DNA of 64,000 bases from an uncultured Candidatus Rokubacteria bacterium (GTDB lineage: Bacteria > Methylomirabilota > Methylomirabilia > Rokubacteriales > CSP1-6): the NCBI GenBank assembly GCA_963771355.1, contig CAVYTA010000005.1, positions 640,001-704,000 on the forward strand, read 5' to 3'. Below the pieces are notes generated by a model. It was not told where the DNA came from and ran no database searches. It saw nothing but the letters and a program-made list of their open reading frames with translations. The first letter of the stretch is position 1; each line of letters starts with the position of its first letter. Shown piece by piece: positions 11,841 to 24,080 of the stretch. A program made the position numbers and the translations under genes.

Positions 11841-12712
11841 GCATCCTCGTCGACAAGAGCACCAAGGTGTTCGTGCAGGGGATCACCGGCAAGGAAGGCT
11901 CCTTCCATGCCGCGCGCTGCAAGGAATACGGTACCCAGGTGGTGGGCGGGGTCACGCCGGGCAAGGGCGGCACCACCCACGAGGGCTTCCCCGTGTGGAA
12001 TACCGTCGCCGACTGCGTGAAGGCCACCGGCGCGGACTGCGCGCTCATCTTCGTGCCGCCGCCCGCCGCCGCCGACGCCATCATGGAGTCGGCCGCCGCC
12101 GGCGTGCCGCTGGTGGTGTGCATCACCGAGGGCGTGCCCGTGACCGACATGGTGCGGACGCGCGCCTTCCTCGCGGGCACGCGGAGCCGTCTCATCGGGC
12201 CCAATTGCCCCGGTCTCATCACGCCCGGCCAGGCCAAGATCGGCATCATGCCCGGGCACATCCACAAGGTGGGCTCGGCGGGGGTGGTATCGCGCAGCGG
12301 CACGCTGACCTATGAGGTGGTGCACCAGCTCAGCCAGCGCGGCATCGGCCAGTCCTCGTGCGTGGGCATCGGCGGCGATCCCGTGAACGGGACCAACTTC
12401 ATCGACGTCCTGCGCCTCTTCCAGGCCGATCCCCGGACCGAGATCATCATGATGATCGGGGAGATCGGGGGTAGCGCCGAGGAGGAGGCCGCCGCTTTCG
12501 TGAAGCAGCATGTAACGAAACCAGTGGTGGGCTTCATCTGCGGCCAGACTGCGCCGCCCGGCCGCCGCATGGGCCACGCCGGCGCCATCATCGCGGGCGG
12601 CAAGGGTACCGCCGCCGAGAAGATGAAGGCGATGGAAGCCGCCGGCATCACCACCGTCAAGAGCCCCGCGGACATGGGCGCCACCGTCGCCCGCGTCCTC
12701 GGCAAGAAATAG
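11837..12712 (+). CDS. sucD: Succinyl-CoA synthetase alpha subunit
   Basis: [45 protein letters not shown] (phospho-His). Confidence 0.97.
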   Translation: MSILVDKSTKVFVQGITGKEGSFHAARCKEYGTQVVGGVTPGKGGTTHEGFPVWNTVADCVKATGADCALIFVPPPAAADAIMESAAAGVPLVVCITEGVPVTDMVRTRAFLAGTRSRLIGPNCPGLITPGQAKIGIMPGHIHKVGSAGVVSRSGTLTYEVVHQLSQRGIGQSSCVGIGGDPVNGTNFIDVLRLFQADPRTEIIMMIGEIGGSAEEEAAAFVKQHVTKPVVGFICGQTAPPGRRMGHAGAIIAGGKGTAAEKMKAMEAAGITTVKSPADMGATVARVLGKK

Positions 12713-12719
12713 GGGACCC

Positions 12720-13145
12720 ATGGCCATCGAGCGCACGCTCACCATCATCAAGCCGGACGCCGTCGCCAAGGGCGCGACCGGCCAGATCATCGCCCGCTTC
12801 GAGACGGCGGGACTCAGGGTGCTGGCCGCCAAGCTCGTCCACCTGAGCGCGGAGCAGGCGGGCGGGTTCTACGCGGTCCACAAGGCGCGGCCCTTCTTCG
12901 CGAGCCTCTGCGCTTTCATGACCGAGGGGCCGTGCCTGCCCATGGTGCTGGAGGGCGAGGGCGCGATCCTCCGCCTGCGCGATCTGATGGGAGCCACCGA
13001 TCCCGCCAAGGCGGCGGCGGGGACCATTCGAAAGGATTTCGCGGCCTCGATCGAGGCCAACGCCGTGCACGGGTCGGACTCGCCCGAGTCGGCCGCCTTC
13101 GAGATCCCGTACTTCTTCAGCGCCCTGGAGATCCACCCGAGATAG
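12720..13145 (+). CDS. ndk: Nucleoside diphosphate kinase
   Basis: [28 protein letters not shown]. Confidence 0.97.
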   Translation: MAIERTLTIIKPDAVAKGATGQIIARFETAGLRVLAAKLVHLSAEQAGGFYAVHKARPFFASLCAFMTEGPCLPMVLEGEGAILRLRDLMGATDPAKAAAGTIRKDFAASIEANAVHGSDSPESAAFEIPYFFSALEIHPR

Positions 13146-13690
13146 CTACGCGCGCGGGACGGGACGAGGACCTGTTCTTCCCCGCCACGCTGGGGACCCG
13201 CCAGCGCATCCTGGCGGGGATCTTCGCCCTGGGTCTCGGGGTAGCCGTGCCGTTCGCGCTGTCGGTATTCCTCGTCGCCACCACCAGCGATCCTCTCTTC
13301 GTGATCTTCCCGCTGCCCTTCCTGGGCCTGATGTGGACGCTGCAGGGGCTGGCGCCCGCCGGCTACACCCTCGAGGCGCGCGGCATTCGCCTCGAGCGGC
13401 GCTGGCTGTCGCGGCGGCTGCCGTATTCGGCGATCCGCTCGGTGGACCGGACGCCACGTCCCATCGGCGGCCTCCTGGCGCTCGGGCTCAACGGGCTCTT
13501 CGGCTCGCACGGCCTCCGCTGGAACCCGCGCAGCGGGCTCCACTATCTCGCCATCACCAATACCTCCGACCTCGTCTATCTTGAGACCAGCCGCGGGCTG
13601 GTGGTCATCTCGCCCACGAAACCCGACGATCTCGTGACGGCGCTCCGGGCCCGCCTGCCCGCGGCGCGGGGAGGAGAGGCTCCATGCTGA
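13142..13690 (+). CDS. Membrane protein with probable bacterial PH-like domain (start uncertain)
   Basis: Two TM helices, then [37 protein letters not shown]; no in-frame ATG ahead of the first TM after ndk. Confidence 0.6.
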   Translation: MATRAGRDEDLFFPATLGTRQRILAGIFALGLGVAVPFALSVFLVATTSDPLFVIFPLPFLGLMWTLQGLAPAGYTLEARGIRLERRWLSRRLPYSAIRSVDRTPRPIGGLLALGLNGLFGSHGLRWNPRSGLHYLAITNTSDLVYLETSRGLVVISPTKPDDLVTALRARLPAARGGEAPC

Positions 13691-14613
13691 GCTCGCGCAT
13701 TCCCCTGGCGGTGGCCATCCCGCAGACCTTTCTCGACGGGCGCGTGGACCCGGCGCGCCTCCGCCGCGTTCTCGGGCGCGCCGAGGCCCTCGGCTTCTCC
13801 GGGGCCTGGGTGGTGGAGCAGGTGATGGGAACGGCGGCGAGCCTCGAGCCCATCGAGTGCCTCACCTACGCGGCCGCGGTGACGGAGCGGATGCGTCTGG
13901 GCGTGGCGGTGCTGCTCACCGCGCTGCGCAGCCCGATCCACACCGCCAAGAGCCTGGCCTCCCTCGATCAGCTGAGTGGGGGCCGGCTCGACGTGGGCGT
14001 GGGGCTGGGGGGACAGCCCGCCGTCTACCCGGCCTTCGGGCTCACGCCGGAGCGGCGCGCCGCGCGCTTCGGGGAAGGTATTCGGGTAATCAAGCGGCTC
14101 TGGACCGAGTCGCGGGTGACCTTCGCGGGCGATTTCTATCGGCTCGACGGCGTGGACATGGAGCCGAAACCCCTCCAGCGCCCGCACCCGCCCCTCTGGT
14201 TCGGCGCGCACCACCCCAACGCCCTCCGGCGCGCGGTGGAGCTGGGCGACGCCTTCATGGGCGCGGGCTCGGCCTCGACGGCGGCCTTCGCCGAGCAGGT
14301 GACCGTGCTCCGCCGACATCTGGAAGCGGCGCGCCGCGACCCCGCGACCTTTCCCGTGGCCAAGCGCGTCTACGTGGCCCTCGACGCCGATCGCGCCCGC
14401 GCCGGCCGCCGGCTCGCGGAGTGGTTCGGCGCCTTCTACCGGCGTCCCGAGCTCGCGCACGAGGTGTCGGTGTGGGGCTCGGTGGACGAGGTGGCGGACG
14501 GCCTTCGCGCGGTCACCGCGGCGGGGGCCGGCATGCTGCTGCTCAATCCCGTCTTCGACGAGGAGGAGCAGCTCGAGCGGCTCGCCGCCGACCTCGCGCC
14601 GCGGCTCCGATGA
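13684..14613 (+). CDS. LLM-class (luciferase-like) flavin-dependent oxidoreductase
   Basis: AEALGFSGAW, TERMRLGVAV, LASLDQLSGGRLDVGVG, PKPLQRPHPPLWFG. Confidence 0.9.
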   Translation: MLSSRIPLAVAIPQTFLDGRVDPARLRRVLGRAEALGFSGAWVVEQVMGTAASLEPIECLTYAAAVTERMRLGVAVLLTALRSPIHTAKSLASLDQLSGGRLDVGVGLGGQPAVYPAFGLTPERRAARFGEGIRVIKRLWTESRVTFAGDFYRLDGVDMEPKPLQRPHPPLWFGAHHPNALRRAVELGDAFMGAGSASTAAFAEQVTVLRRHLEAARRDPATFPVAKRVYVALDADRARAGRRLAEWFGAFYRRPELAHEVSVWGSVDEVADGLRAVTAAGAGMLLLNPVFDEEEQLERLAADLAPRLR

Positions 14614-16172
14614 CCGTCGCGCAGTCCGTCCCCGAGCGCTTCAACGCCGCCGCCTTCTTCCTCGACCGGCACCTCGCCGAAGGGCGCGGTGACCGCACCG
14701 CCTTTCGTCATCGGGGCCGGCACGTCACCTATGCGGAGGTGGCCGCGCGGGCGAGCCGCGCGGCGGGCGCGCTGCGCGCGCGGGGGGTGGAGATCGAGCA
14801 GCGTGTGCTGCTCGCGCTGCCCGATGGCCCGGAGTTCGCAGAGGCCTTCTGGGGGGCCATCCGCATCGGGGCGGTGCCGGTGCCGCTGGACCCGGCCTCG
14901 CGCGCGGAGGAGTGCGCGTTCTTCGTGGAGGACAGCCGCGCGCGGGCGGTGGTGACGCACCCGGGGGCGGCGGCGGAGTTCCTCGCCGCCTCCGCGCGCG
15001 GCCCGCGCCGCCCGCCCGTGCTGGCGGTGGGCGTGGCGCCGCCCGGCGCCGAGTCGTATGAGGACGCGCTCGCCGCCGCCCTCCCGGTGCCCGAGCCCGC
15101 CGACACCACCCGCGACGACGTCGCGCTCTGGGGCTACACCTCCGGCTCCACCGGACGGCCCAAGGCCGCCGTGCACCGCCAGCACGATCTCGTGTACGCC
15201 GCCGAGCGGGTGGGGCGCGACGTCTTCGGCATCGGGCCGGACGATTGCATCCTCTCCGCCTCCAAGCTCTTCTTCGCCTTCGGTCTCGGCAACTCGCTCT
15301 ACTTTCCCGCCCTCACCGGCGCCGCCTCCCTCCTCGTTCCCGAGCGGCTCGATCCCGAGCAGTTGCTCGCCCTCGTGACCGCCGAGCGGCCGACGCATCT
15401 CTTCGCGGTGGCCACCGTGTACGCGCGTCTCCTCCAGGTGCCCGAGGCCGCGCGGCGCTTCGATCTGGGCTCGCTGCGCATGTGCGTCTCCTCCGGCGAA
15501 CCGCTGCCGGCGGCGGTGTTCCAGGGCTGGCGAGAGCGGTTCGGTCTCGAGCTGCTCGACGTGGTGGGCTCCACCGAGGCGCTGCACGATTACCTGGCCA
15601 ATCGGCCCGGGGCGGCGCGCGCGGGCTCCAGTGGGCAGGTGATCCCGGGCTTCGAGGCGCGGCTGGTGGACGGCGAGGGACGGCCCGTGCTGCCCGGCGC
15701 CACCGGCGAGCTATGGATCAAGGGCGAGTCCACCGCCGCCTGCTACTGGAACCGTCACGAGCAGAGCCGGCGCACCATGCAGGGGGAGTGGCTGCGAACC
15801 GGTGACATGTTCTACCAGGACACCGACGGCTATTTCTACTTCCAGGGCCGCGACGACGACATGCTGAAGGTGGGCGGGGTCTGGGTGTCGCCGGTCGAGG
15901 TGGAGGCCTGTCTGGCCGAGCATCCCGCGGTGCTCGAGGCCGGGGTGATCGGCCGCCGGGACGCGAGCGGCCTCATCCGCGCCCACGCCTTCTGCGTGCT
16001 CAAGGACGGCGCCGTCGGGGATGCCGCGCTTTCCGCCGCGCTCACCGAGCACGTGCGCCGCCGGCTCGCCGGCTACAAGGCGCCCCGCTGGATCGACTTC
16101 GTCGCCGCGCTGCCCACGACGCCCACCGGCAAGATCCAGCGCTTCCGCCTCCGCGCGGCGGGGGCGCGATGA
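14610..16172 (+). CDS. Benzoate-CoA ligase family (aromatic acid-CoA ligase)
   Basis: FNAAAFFLDRH N-terminus, YTSGSTGRPK, KLFFAFGLGN, SSGEPL, GSTE, TGD, GRDDDMLKV, TGKIQRF. Confidence 0.85.
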   Translation: MTVAQSVPERFNAAAFFLDRHLAEGRGDRTAFRHRGRHVTYAEVAARASRAAGALRARGVEIEQRVLLALPDGPEFAEAFWGAIRIGAVPVPLDPASRAEECAFFVEDSRARAVVTHPGAAAEFLAASARGPRRPPVLAVGVAPPGAESYEDALAAALPVPEPADTTRDDVALWGYTSGSTGRPKAAVHRQHDLVYAAERVGRDVFGIGPDDCILSASKLFFAFGLGNSLYFPALTGAASLLVPERLDPEQLLALVTAERPTHLFAVATVYARLLQVPEAARRFDLGSLRMCVSSGEPLPAAVFQGWRERFGLELLDVVGSTEALHDYLANRPGAARAGSSGQVIPGFEARLVDGEGRPVLPGATGELWIKGESTAACYWNRHEQSRRTMQGEWLRTGDMFYQDTDGYFYFQGRDDDMLKVGGVWVSPVEVEACLAEHPAVLEAGVIGRRDASGLIRAHAFCVLKDGAVGDAALSAALTEHVRRRLAGYKAPRWIDFVAALPTTPTGKIQRFRLRAAGAR

Positions 16173-16196
16173 CGGCCGCCCGGTGACGGGGGCCGC

Positions 16197-16979
16197 GTGC
16201 AGGTGATCGTCGATCGGCTGGCCAAGCGCTATCAGGACCGGCGTGGCCGGGACGTGATCGCGCTGGAGGACGTCTCCTTCTCCGCCGCGTCGGAGGAGTT
16301 CCTGGCCATCCTGGGTCCCTCGGGCTGCGGCAAGTCCACCCTGCTCGGCCTCGTCGCCGGGCTCCTGCCCGCCAGCGCGGGGGAGATCTTCTTCGAGGGC
16401 GAGCGGAGGGCGGGCCAGCCGCTCACCGCGACGGTGTTCCAGGAGTTCGCGCTCTTTCCCTGGCGCACCGCCCAGGCCAATGTCGAGCTGGGCCTCGAGG
16501 AGCTGGGGCTGCCCGCGGCGGAGCGGGCGGCGCGCGCCCGCCGGCACATCGAGCAGATGGGCCTCCGCGGCTTCGAGGACAAGTACCCGCATCAGCTCTC
16601 GGGCGGCATGCGGCAGCGCGTGGGTATCGCGCGCGCGCTCGCGGTGAACCCGGCGGTGCTGCTGATGGACGAGCCCTTCTCCGCGCTCGATGCGCAGACC
16701 CGCACCCTCATGATGGAGGAGCTGCTCGCCCTCTGGGAGCGGACGCGCAAGACCATCCTCTACGTCACGCACAATATCCAGGAGGCGGTGTTCATGGCCG
16801 ATCGCGTGGTCGTCCTCTCGCGGCGGCCGGGGCGGGTGCTGGACACGGTGGTGATCGACCTGCCGCGGCCGCGCACCGAGGCCATGCTGGGGGAGCCCGC
16901 CTTCGTGCGGGCGGCCGACCGCATCTGGAAGCTGATCCGGACGCAGGCCGAGGCCGCGCTCCTCGAGGGCGGCCCATGA
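16197..16979 (+). CDS. NitT/TauT-family ABC transporter ATP-binding protein
   Basis: GPSGCGKST, FQEFALFPW, LSGGMRQR, LLMDEPFSALDAQTR, VTH. Confidence 0.9.
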   Translation: MQVIVDRLAKRYQDRRGRDVIALEDVSFSAASEEFLAILGPSGCGKSTLLGLVAGLLPASAGEIFFEGERRAGQPLTATVFQEFALFPWRTAQANVELGLEELGLPAAERAARARRHIEQMGLRGFEDKYPHQLSGGMRQRVGIARALAVNPAVLLMDEPFSALDAQTRTLMMEELLALWERTRKTILYVTHNIQEAVFMADRVVVLSRRPGRVLDTVVIDLPRPRTEAMLGEPAFVRAADRIWKLIRTQAEAALLEGGP

Positions 16980-17773
16980 CGGCCACGCGGCTGACGGTGG
17001 AGAACCGGACGCGCTTCCTCGTGCGGCGCGAGTACCGGCCGCTGCGAGTGGCTGCCCTCGTCGGGATCGTGGTGATCTGGGAGGCGCTGAGCCGCTCCGG
17101 CTGGGTGTCGGCCCTCTTCCTGCCTTCGCCGCTGGGCGTGCTCGCCGAGGGCGTGGACATGGCACGCTCGGGCGAGCTGGCGGTGCACGTGGCGGCCAGC
17201 CTCAAGCGGCTGGTGACCGGCTTCGTGGTAGGCGGCGCCGCGGGCATCGCGGTGGGCATCGCGGTCGGCTTCTTCTCCGTGGCCGAGGCCCTGGGCACGC
17301 CGGTGATCGCCGCCACCTTCCCCATTCCCAAGATCGCGCTGCTGCCCCTCCTCATCCTCTGGCTGGGGATCGGCGAGACCTCCAAGATCGCGGTGATCGC
17401 GCTGGGGGTGTTCTTTCCCCTCGCGCTGAATACCTATGCCGGCGTGCGCCAGGCCGACCCGCTGCTCATCCGCGCCGCGGTGTCCTTCGGCGCCGGGCGC
17501 TGGAGCGTGATCCGCAAGGTGGTGCTCCCTGCGTCGCTGCCCATGGTCTTCGCCGGCCTCAAGCTCGGCGCGGGCACGGCGCTCCTCCTGCTCGTCGCCG
17601 CGGAGATGATCGCGGTGGAGTCCGGCATCGGCTTCCTGGTGTTGCACGCGGCCAACCTGATGGCGACCACCAAGCTCATGGTCGGCATCGTGCTCCTCTC
17701 GCTGTTGGGGATCCTGTCCCACTGGGCGCTGACGGGCCTGGAGCGGCTGCTCATCCCCTGGCGCGAGCGGTGA
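16976..17773 (+). CDS. NitT/TauT-family ABC transporter permease
   Basis: FLPSP, IPKIALLPLLILWLGIGE, EAA-like loop, VAAEM. Confidence 0.9.
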   Translation: MTATRLTVENRTRFLVRREYRPLRVAALVGIVVIWEALSRSGWVSALFLPSPLGVLAEGVDMARSGELAVHVAASLKRLVTGFVVGGAAGIAVGIAVGFFSVAEALGTPVIAATFPIPKIALLPLLILWLGIGETSKIAVIALGVFFPLALNTYAGVRQADPLLIRAAVSFGAGRWSVIRKVVLPASLPMVFAGLKLGAGTALLLLVAAEMIAVESGIGFLVLHAANLMATTKLMVGIVLLSLLGILSHWALTGLERLLIPWRER

Positions 17774-17844
17774 CGGAGACGGAGCCGATGGGATGGCGGG
17801 GTCGCTGTGATAGGTTAAGCGCCACTCTCGTCAAAGGAGACGCC

Positions 17845-18861
17845 ATGTCGCGCTCGCTCGCTCTCGTCATCTCGATTGTCCTGCTCCTCGCCGGAGGGCC
17901 CGCCCAGGCTCAGACCAAGGTCAAGGTGGGCGTCCTCAAGCTCACGTCTTCCGCGCCGGTCTTCGTGGGCGTCGAGAAGGGCTTCTTCAAGGAATTCGGC
18001 GTGGAGCCGGAGCTGGTCTACTTCCAGGCGGCGGCGCCCATTGCCACCGCGCTCGCGGCGGGCGCGGTCGAGGTCGGCGCCACCGGTCTCACCGCCGCGC
18101 TCTACAACATCGTGCTCCAGGGCGAGAAGCTGTGGATCGTCGCCGACAAGGGCCGCGAGTGGGCCGGCTTTCCGCTGGTGGGCATCGTGGTACAGAAGGA
18201 GCTCTGGGACTCGGGCAAGGTGCGCTCGATCAAGGACCTCAAGGGCCGGACCATCGGCGTGACCCAGCTCGGCTCTACCTTCCACTACCACATCGGCAAT
18301 ATCCTGGAGAAGGAAGGGCTCGCGCTCTCCGACGTGCGCATCGTCCCCCTCCAGGCCATGCCCGCCACGGTGGAGGCGCTCAAGGGCAAGTCGGTGGACG
18401 CCATCCTGGTGCCGCAGCCGTTTCCCGGCGCCACCGAGGCCCAGGGATTCGGCAAGGTGCTCTTCTGGGCCGGCGACCTCTACCCGTGGCAGATCGCTGC
18501 CGTCTTCTACTCGAAGCAGTTCGCCGCCGACCGCGAGAAGGCGGTGGCCTTCATGAAGGGGTACGTGAAGGCCTCGCGCTACTATCACGACGCCGCCCTC
18601 GTCACGAAGGACGGACGGCCGGCGCCCGGAGCCAACTACGAGGACGTGGTGGAGATCACCGCGAAGTACACCGGGGCCAAGCCCGAGCTGATCCGGGCCG
18701 GACTGCCCTACCAGGACCGCAACGGCCGGCTCTGGATCGCCGACGTCGAGAAGCAGATCAAGTGGTGGGTCGAGCACGGCTTCATGAAGAGCCTCCTGCC
18801 CGTCAAGGAGGTCGTGGATCCCAGCTTCGTCGAGGAGGCGGTGAAGCAGCTCGGCGGCTAG
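17845..18861 (+). CDS. NitT/TauT-family ABC substrate-binding protein
   Basis: AAGGAG RBS, signal peptide (AQA-Q), EKGFFKEFGV, SIKDLKGRTIGV. Confidence 0.88.
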   Translation: MSRSLALVISIVLLLAGGPAQAQTKVKVGVLKLTSSAPVFVGVEKGFFKEFGVEPELVYFQAAAPIATALAAGAVEVGATGLTAALYNIVLQGEKLWIVADKGREWAGFPLVGIVVQKELWDSGKVRSIKDLKGRTIGVTQLGSTFHYHIGNILEKEGLALSDVRIVPLQAMPATVEALKGKSVDAILVPQPFPGATEAQGFGKVLFWAGDLYPWQIAAVFYSKQFAADREKAVAFMKGYVKASRYYHDAALVTKDGRPAPGANYEDVVEITAKYTGAKPELIRAGLPYQDRNGRLWIADVEKQIKWWVEHGFMKSLLPVKEVVDPSFVEEAVKQLGG

Positions 18862-18889
18862 TCCGCGAACCTGCTATCATTTTCCCCGC

Positions 18890-20388
<1,499 letters not shown>

Positions 20389-20392
<4 letters not shown>

Positions 20393-20886
20393 AGTTCGAG
20401 GCGGAGGTCGAGGGCCGGGTGATTCCCGTGGAGGTGACGGGCGCGGCGGGCCGGTACCGGGTGACGGTCGCGGGCGAGACCCTGGAGGTGGACGCCCGCC
20501 GGGTGGGGGAGAGCGGCTGGTCGCTGCTGCTCGGCACCGCGTCGCACTGGGCCGACCTCAGCGAGGAGGACGGCGTCACCGTGGTCTCCGTGGATGGCGA
20601 GGTCCATCGAATCCGCGTGGAGGAGGAGACGCGCTATCTCATCCGCACCCGCGGGGGCACCGCCGCCGCGAGCGGCCAGGTGCTCAAGGCCCCCATGCCC
20701 GGGCGCGTGGTCCTCATCGAGGTCGCGGTGGGGCAGCGGGTGAGCCGCGGCGACGGGCTCGTGATCCTCGAGGCGATGAAGATGGAGAACGAATTTCGCG
20801 CCAGCGGGGAGGGGACGGTCAAGGAGATCCGGGTGCAACCCGGCCAGGCCGTCAACCCCGGCGACGTCCTGATCGTCATCGAGTAG
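20389..20886 (+). CDS. Biotin carboxyl carrier protein (with N-terminal BT-like domain)
   Basis: KAPMPG and the EAMKMENE biotinylation motif; ATGA overlap with accC. Confidence 0.9.
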
Positions 20887-20888
20887 CC

Positions 20889-21626
<738 letters not shown>

Positions 21627-21647
21627 CCGACACGCAGGAGGCTACGC

Positions 21648-22523
21648 ATGAAGAAGTCACTCGTGATCGTCCTCGCCCTCGCGCTGGTGGCGGGGGGCCT
21701 GGCGCCGGCCGTCGCCCAGCAGGCGGCGCCCGCCGGCGGCACCCTCGAGAAGATCGGCCAGTCCGGCACCCTCACCATCGGCACCCGTACCGGGTCGCCG
21801 CCCTTCGCCTACGTCAACGCCAAGAACGAGTGGGTAGGGTTCTCGATCGACCTCGTGGAGGAGCTGGTCAAGCCCGCCATCGAGAAGAAGATCGGCAAGC
21901 CCATCAAGCTGGAGAAGAAGGAATCCACTCCGCCTACCCGCATCCCGCTCCTCACCTCGAATGCGGTGGACCTGATCGCGGGGACGATGACCGACACGCG
22001 GACACGGCGGGAGAGCGCGGACTTCTCGCTCACCTTCTTCGTGACCGGCGCCCAGTTCCTCGTCAAGAAGGGGAGCCCCATCAAGGGCATCCAGAACATC
22101 GACGGCCGGCGCATCGCCGCCCAGCAGGGCTCGACCAACGCGCGGATCATCCGTGAAAAGGCCCCCAAGGCCCAGCTCCGCGAGTTCCCGGACCAGCCCG
22201 CCGCCTTCCAGGCGCTCCTCCAGGGCCAGGTGGATGCCTACACCAATGACGGCATCCAGCTCGCCGGTCTGAAGGCGAAGGCTCCGAACCCGGCCCAGTG
22301 GGAGATCGTCGGCGAGTTCTTCTCCTACGAGCCCTACGGCATGGCCATGCGGAAGGGCGACTCCGACTTCCGCAATGTCGTGAACGCAGGCCTCATGGAG
22401 GGTATCGAGTCCGGAAAGTACTTCGAGATCTACGACAAGTGGTTCGGGCCCAAGGGCGAGCTGCCGTATCCCATGAGCGCGGCGGTGCGCCAGTTCATGA
22501 TTTATCAGGTAGTTCCCAAGTAG
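21648..22523 (+). CDS. Polar amino-acid ABC substrate-binding protein (GltI-like)
   Basis: Signal peptide; GSPPFAY, GFSIDL, RIPLL, QGST, EPYGMAMRKGD. Confidence 0.88.
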   Translation: MKKSLVIVLALALVAGGLAPAVAQQAAPAGGTLEKIGQSGTLTIGTRTGSPPFAYVNAKNEWVGFSIDLVEELVKPAIEKKIGKPIKLEKKESTPPTRIPLLTSNAVDLIAGTMTDTRTRRESADFSLTFFVTGAQFLVKKGSPIKGIQNIDGRRIAAQQGSTNARIIREKAPKAQLREFPDQPAAFQALLQGQVDAYTNDGIQLAGLKAKAPNPAQWEIVGEFFSYEPYGMAMRKGDSDFRNVVNAGLMEGIESGKYFEIYDKWFGPKGELPYPMSAAVRQFMIYQVVPK

Positions 22524-22562
22524 TCCGCGCGTGGGAGGTGTCGGGGCAGGGCCGGGGGCGGG

Positions 22563-22644
22563 GGCGCGGCCGGGGGCAGGGGGCACACTCGCTTTGCTCA
22601 GTACAGCATTCGCCGCGAGCGTACCCCCTGCCCCCGGCCGCGCC
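22563..22644. repeat. Long inverted repeat (30-bp arms, 28/30 match) between the SBP and permease genes
   Basis: GGCGCGGCCGGGGGCAGGGGGCACACTCGC (22563-22592) pairs with GCGAGCGTACCCCCTGCCCCCGGCCGCGCC (22615-22644). Confidence 0.8.
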
Positions 22645-22676
22645 TCTGCTCTTCTGACAGACGCAGCTCAATACTT

Positions 22677-23399
22677 GTGAATTACAAGTTTGATTGGTCG
22701 GTGCTGTGGACGGGGCAGTCGGGGCAGTGGCTGCTCAGCGGCCTCATCACCACGCTCGAGCTGTCGGCGTGTGCCTGGGTGCTGGCGGTGGCGCTGGGCA
22801 TCCTCTCCGGCGCGCTCCGTACGATGCCGTTCCGGCCGCTGCGGGCGGTCGCCACCTTCTACGTGGAGTTCTTCCGGAACGTCCCCCTGCTGGTGTGGAT
22901 GTTCTTCTGGTACTTCGGCGTGCCGCCGTTCCTGCCCGCGGCCGTGCAGGAGTGGCTGTTCAGCCACGGACTCGAGTTCTGGGCGGCGGTGTGCGCGCTC
23001 GGGGTGTACAGCGGCGCGCGCTTCTCGGAAGTCCTCCGCTCCGGCATCCAGTCCATCCCGCGCACCCAGCTCGAGGCCTCGGTGGCCTCCGGGCTCACCG
23101 TCGCCCAGGCCTACCGGTACGTGATCCTCCCCATCGCGCTGCGCCTCATCATCCCGCCCGCCACCAGTGAGTCGCTCAACCTGCTCAAGAACTCCTCGGT
23201 GGCGCTGACCATCTCGGTGGCCGAGCTCACCTTCCAGACGCGGCAGATCGAGACCTACACCGCCAAGGCGATCGAGGCCCTCACCGCCGGCACCGTCATC
23301 TATCTCGTCCTCTGCGTCTCCCTCGCCTCCGTGATGGCGTGGGTGGAGCGGCGGACGGCGATTCCCGGCCTCATCGTGGGCGGACGGCGGCGCGCATGA
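22677..23399 (+). CDS. Polar amino-acid ABC permease (GltJ-like)
   Basis: YVEFFRNVPLLV, EVLRSGIQSIP, QLEA, LLKNSS. Confidence 0.9.
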   Translation: MNYKFDWSVLWTGQSGQWLLSGLITTLELSACAWVLAVALGILSGALRTMPFRPLRAVATFYVEFFRNVPLLVWMFFWYFGVPPFLPAAVQEWLFSHGLEFWAAVCALGVYSGARFSEVLRSGIQSIPRTQLEASVASGLTVAQAYRYVILPIALRLIIPPATSESLNLLKNSSVALTISVAELTFQTRQIETYTAKAIEALTAGTVIYLVLCVSLASVMAWVERRTAIPGLIVGGRRRA

Positions 23400-24076
23400 C
23401 GTTCGACTTCTCCGTGGTGTGGCGGAACCTCGACTTCCTCCTCCTCCAGGGATTCCTCGGCTTCGGCAACTTCGTGGGCGGCACCCTGCGGCTGGCCATC
23501 CCGTCCATCGTGCTCGGCTTCATCCTCGGGATCTTCATCGGGCTGGCGCGGCTCTCGAACCGGGTGTGGCTGCGCGTGCCGGCGACGCTCTACGTCGAGT
23601 TCTTCCGCGGCGTCCCGCTGGTCATGGTGATCTTCTGGATCTGGTTCATCATCCCCATCCTGCTCAAGACCAAGATCCCCGAGTTCGGCGTCGCGCTCAC
23701 CGCCTTCGTGATCTTCGAGGCCGCCTACCTGGGCGAGATCGTGCGCGCGGGCGTCCAGTCGGTGCCGCGGGGCCAGGTGGAGGCCGCCACCGCGGTGGGG
23801 CTCTCCTCCTCCCGGACCATGCGATACGTGGTGCTCCCGCAGGCGCTCAAGAACATGATTCCCTCGCTGGTGACCCAGTTCATCGTGCTCTTCAAGGACA
23901 CCTCGCTGGCCTCCATCATCGGGTTCATGGACCTGACCAAGGCCGCCCAGGTGGTGAACAACCGCGAGATCCGCCCCTTCGAGCTCTACCTGTTCATCGC
24001 GGTGGTGTACTGGGTGTGCACGTATTCGATGTCCCGCTACGCGCGCTCGCTGGAGAAGAGGCTGGGCCCTGCCTGA
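23396..24076 (+). CDS. Polar amino-acid ABC permease (GltK-like)
   Basis: YVEFFRGVPL, AYLGEIVRAG, GQVEAA, LFKDTSL. Confidence 0.9.
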   Translation: MTFDFSVVWRNLDFLLLQGFLGFGNFVGGTLRLAIPSIVLGFILGIFIGLARLSNRVWLRVPATLYVEFFRGVPLVMVIFWIWFIIPILLKTKIPEFGVALTAFVIFEAAYLGEIVRAGVQSVPRGQVEAATAVGLSSSRTMRYVVLPQALKNMIPSLVTQFIVLFKDTSLASIIGFMDLTKAAQVVNNREIRPFELYLFIAVVYWVCTYSMSRYARSLEKRLGPA

Positions 24077-24080
24077 GACG

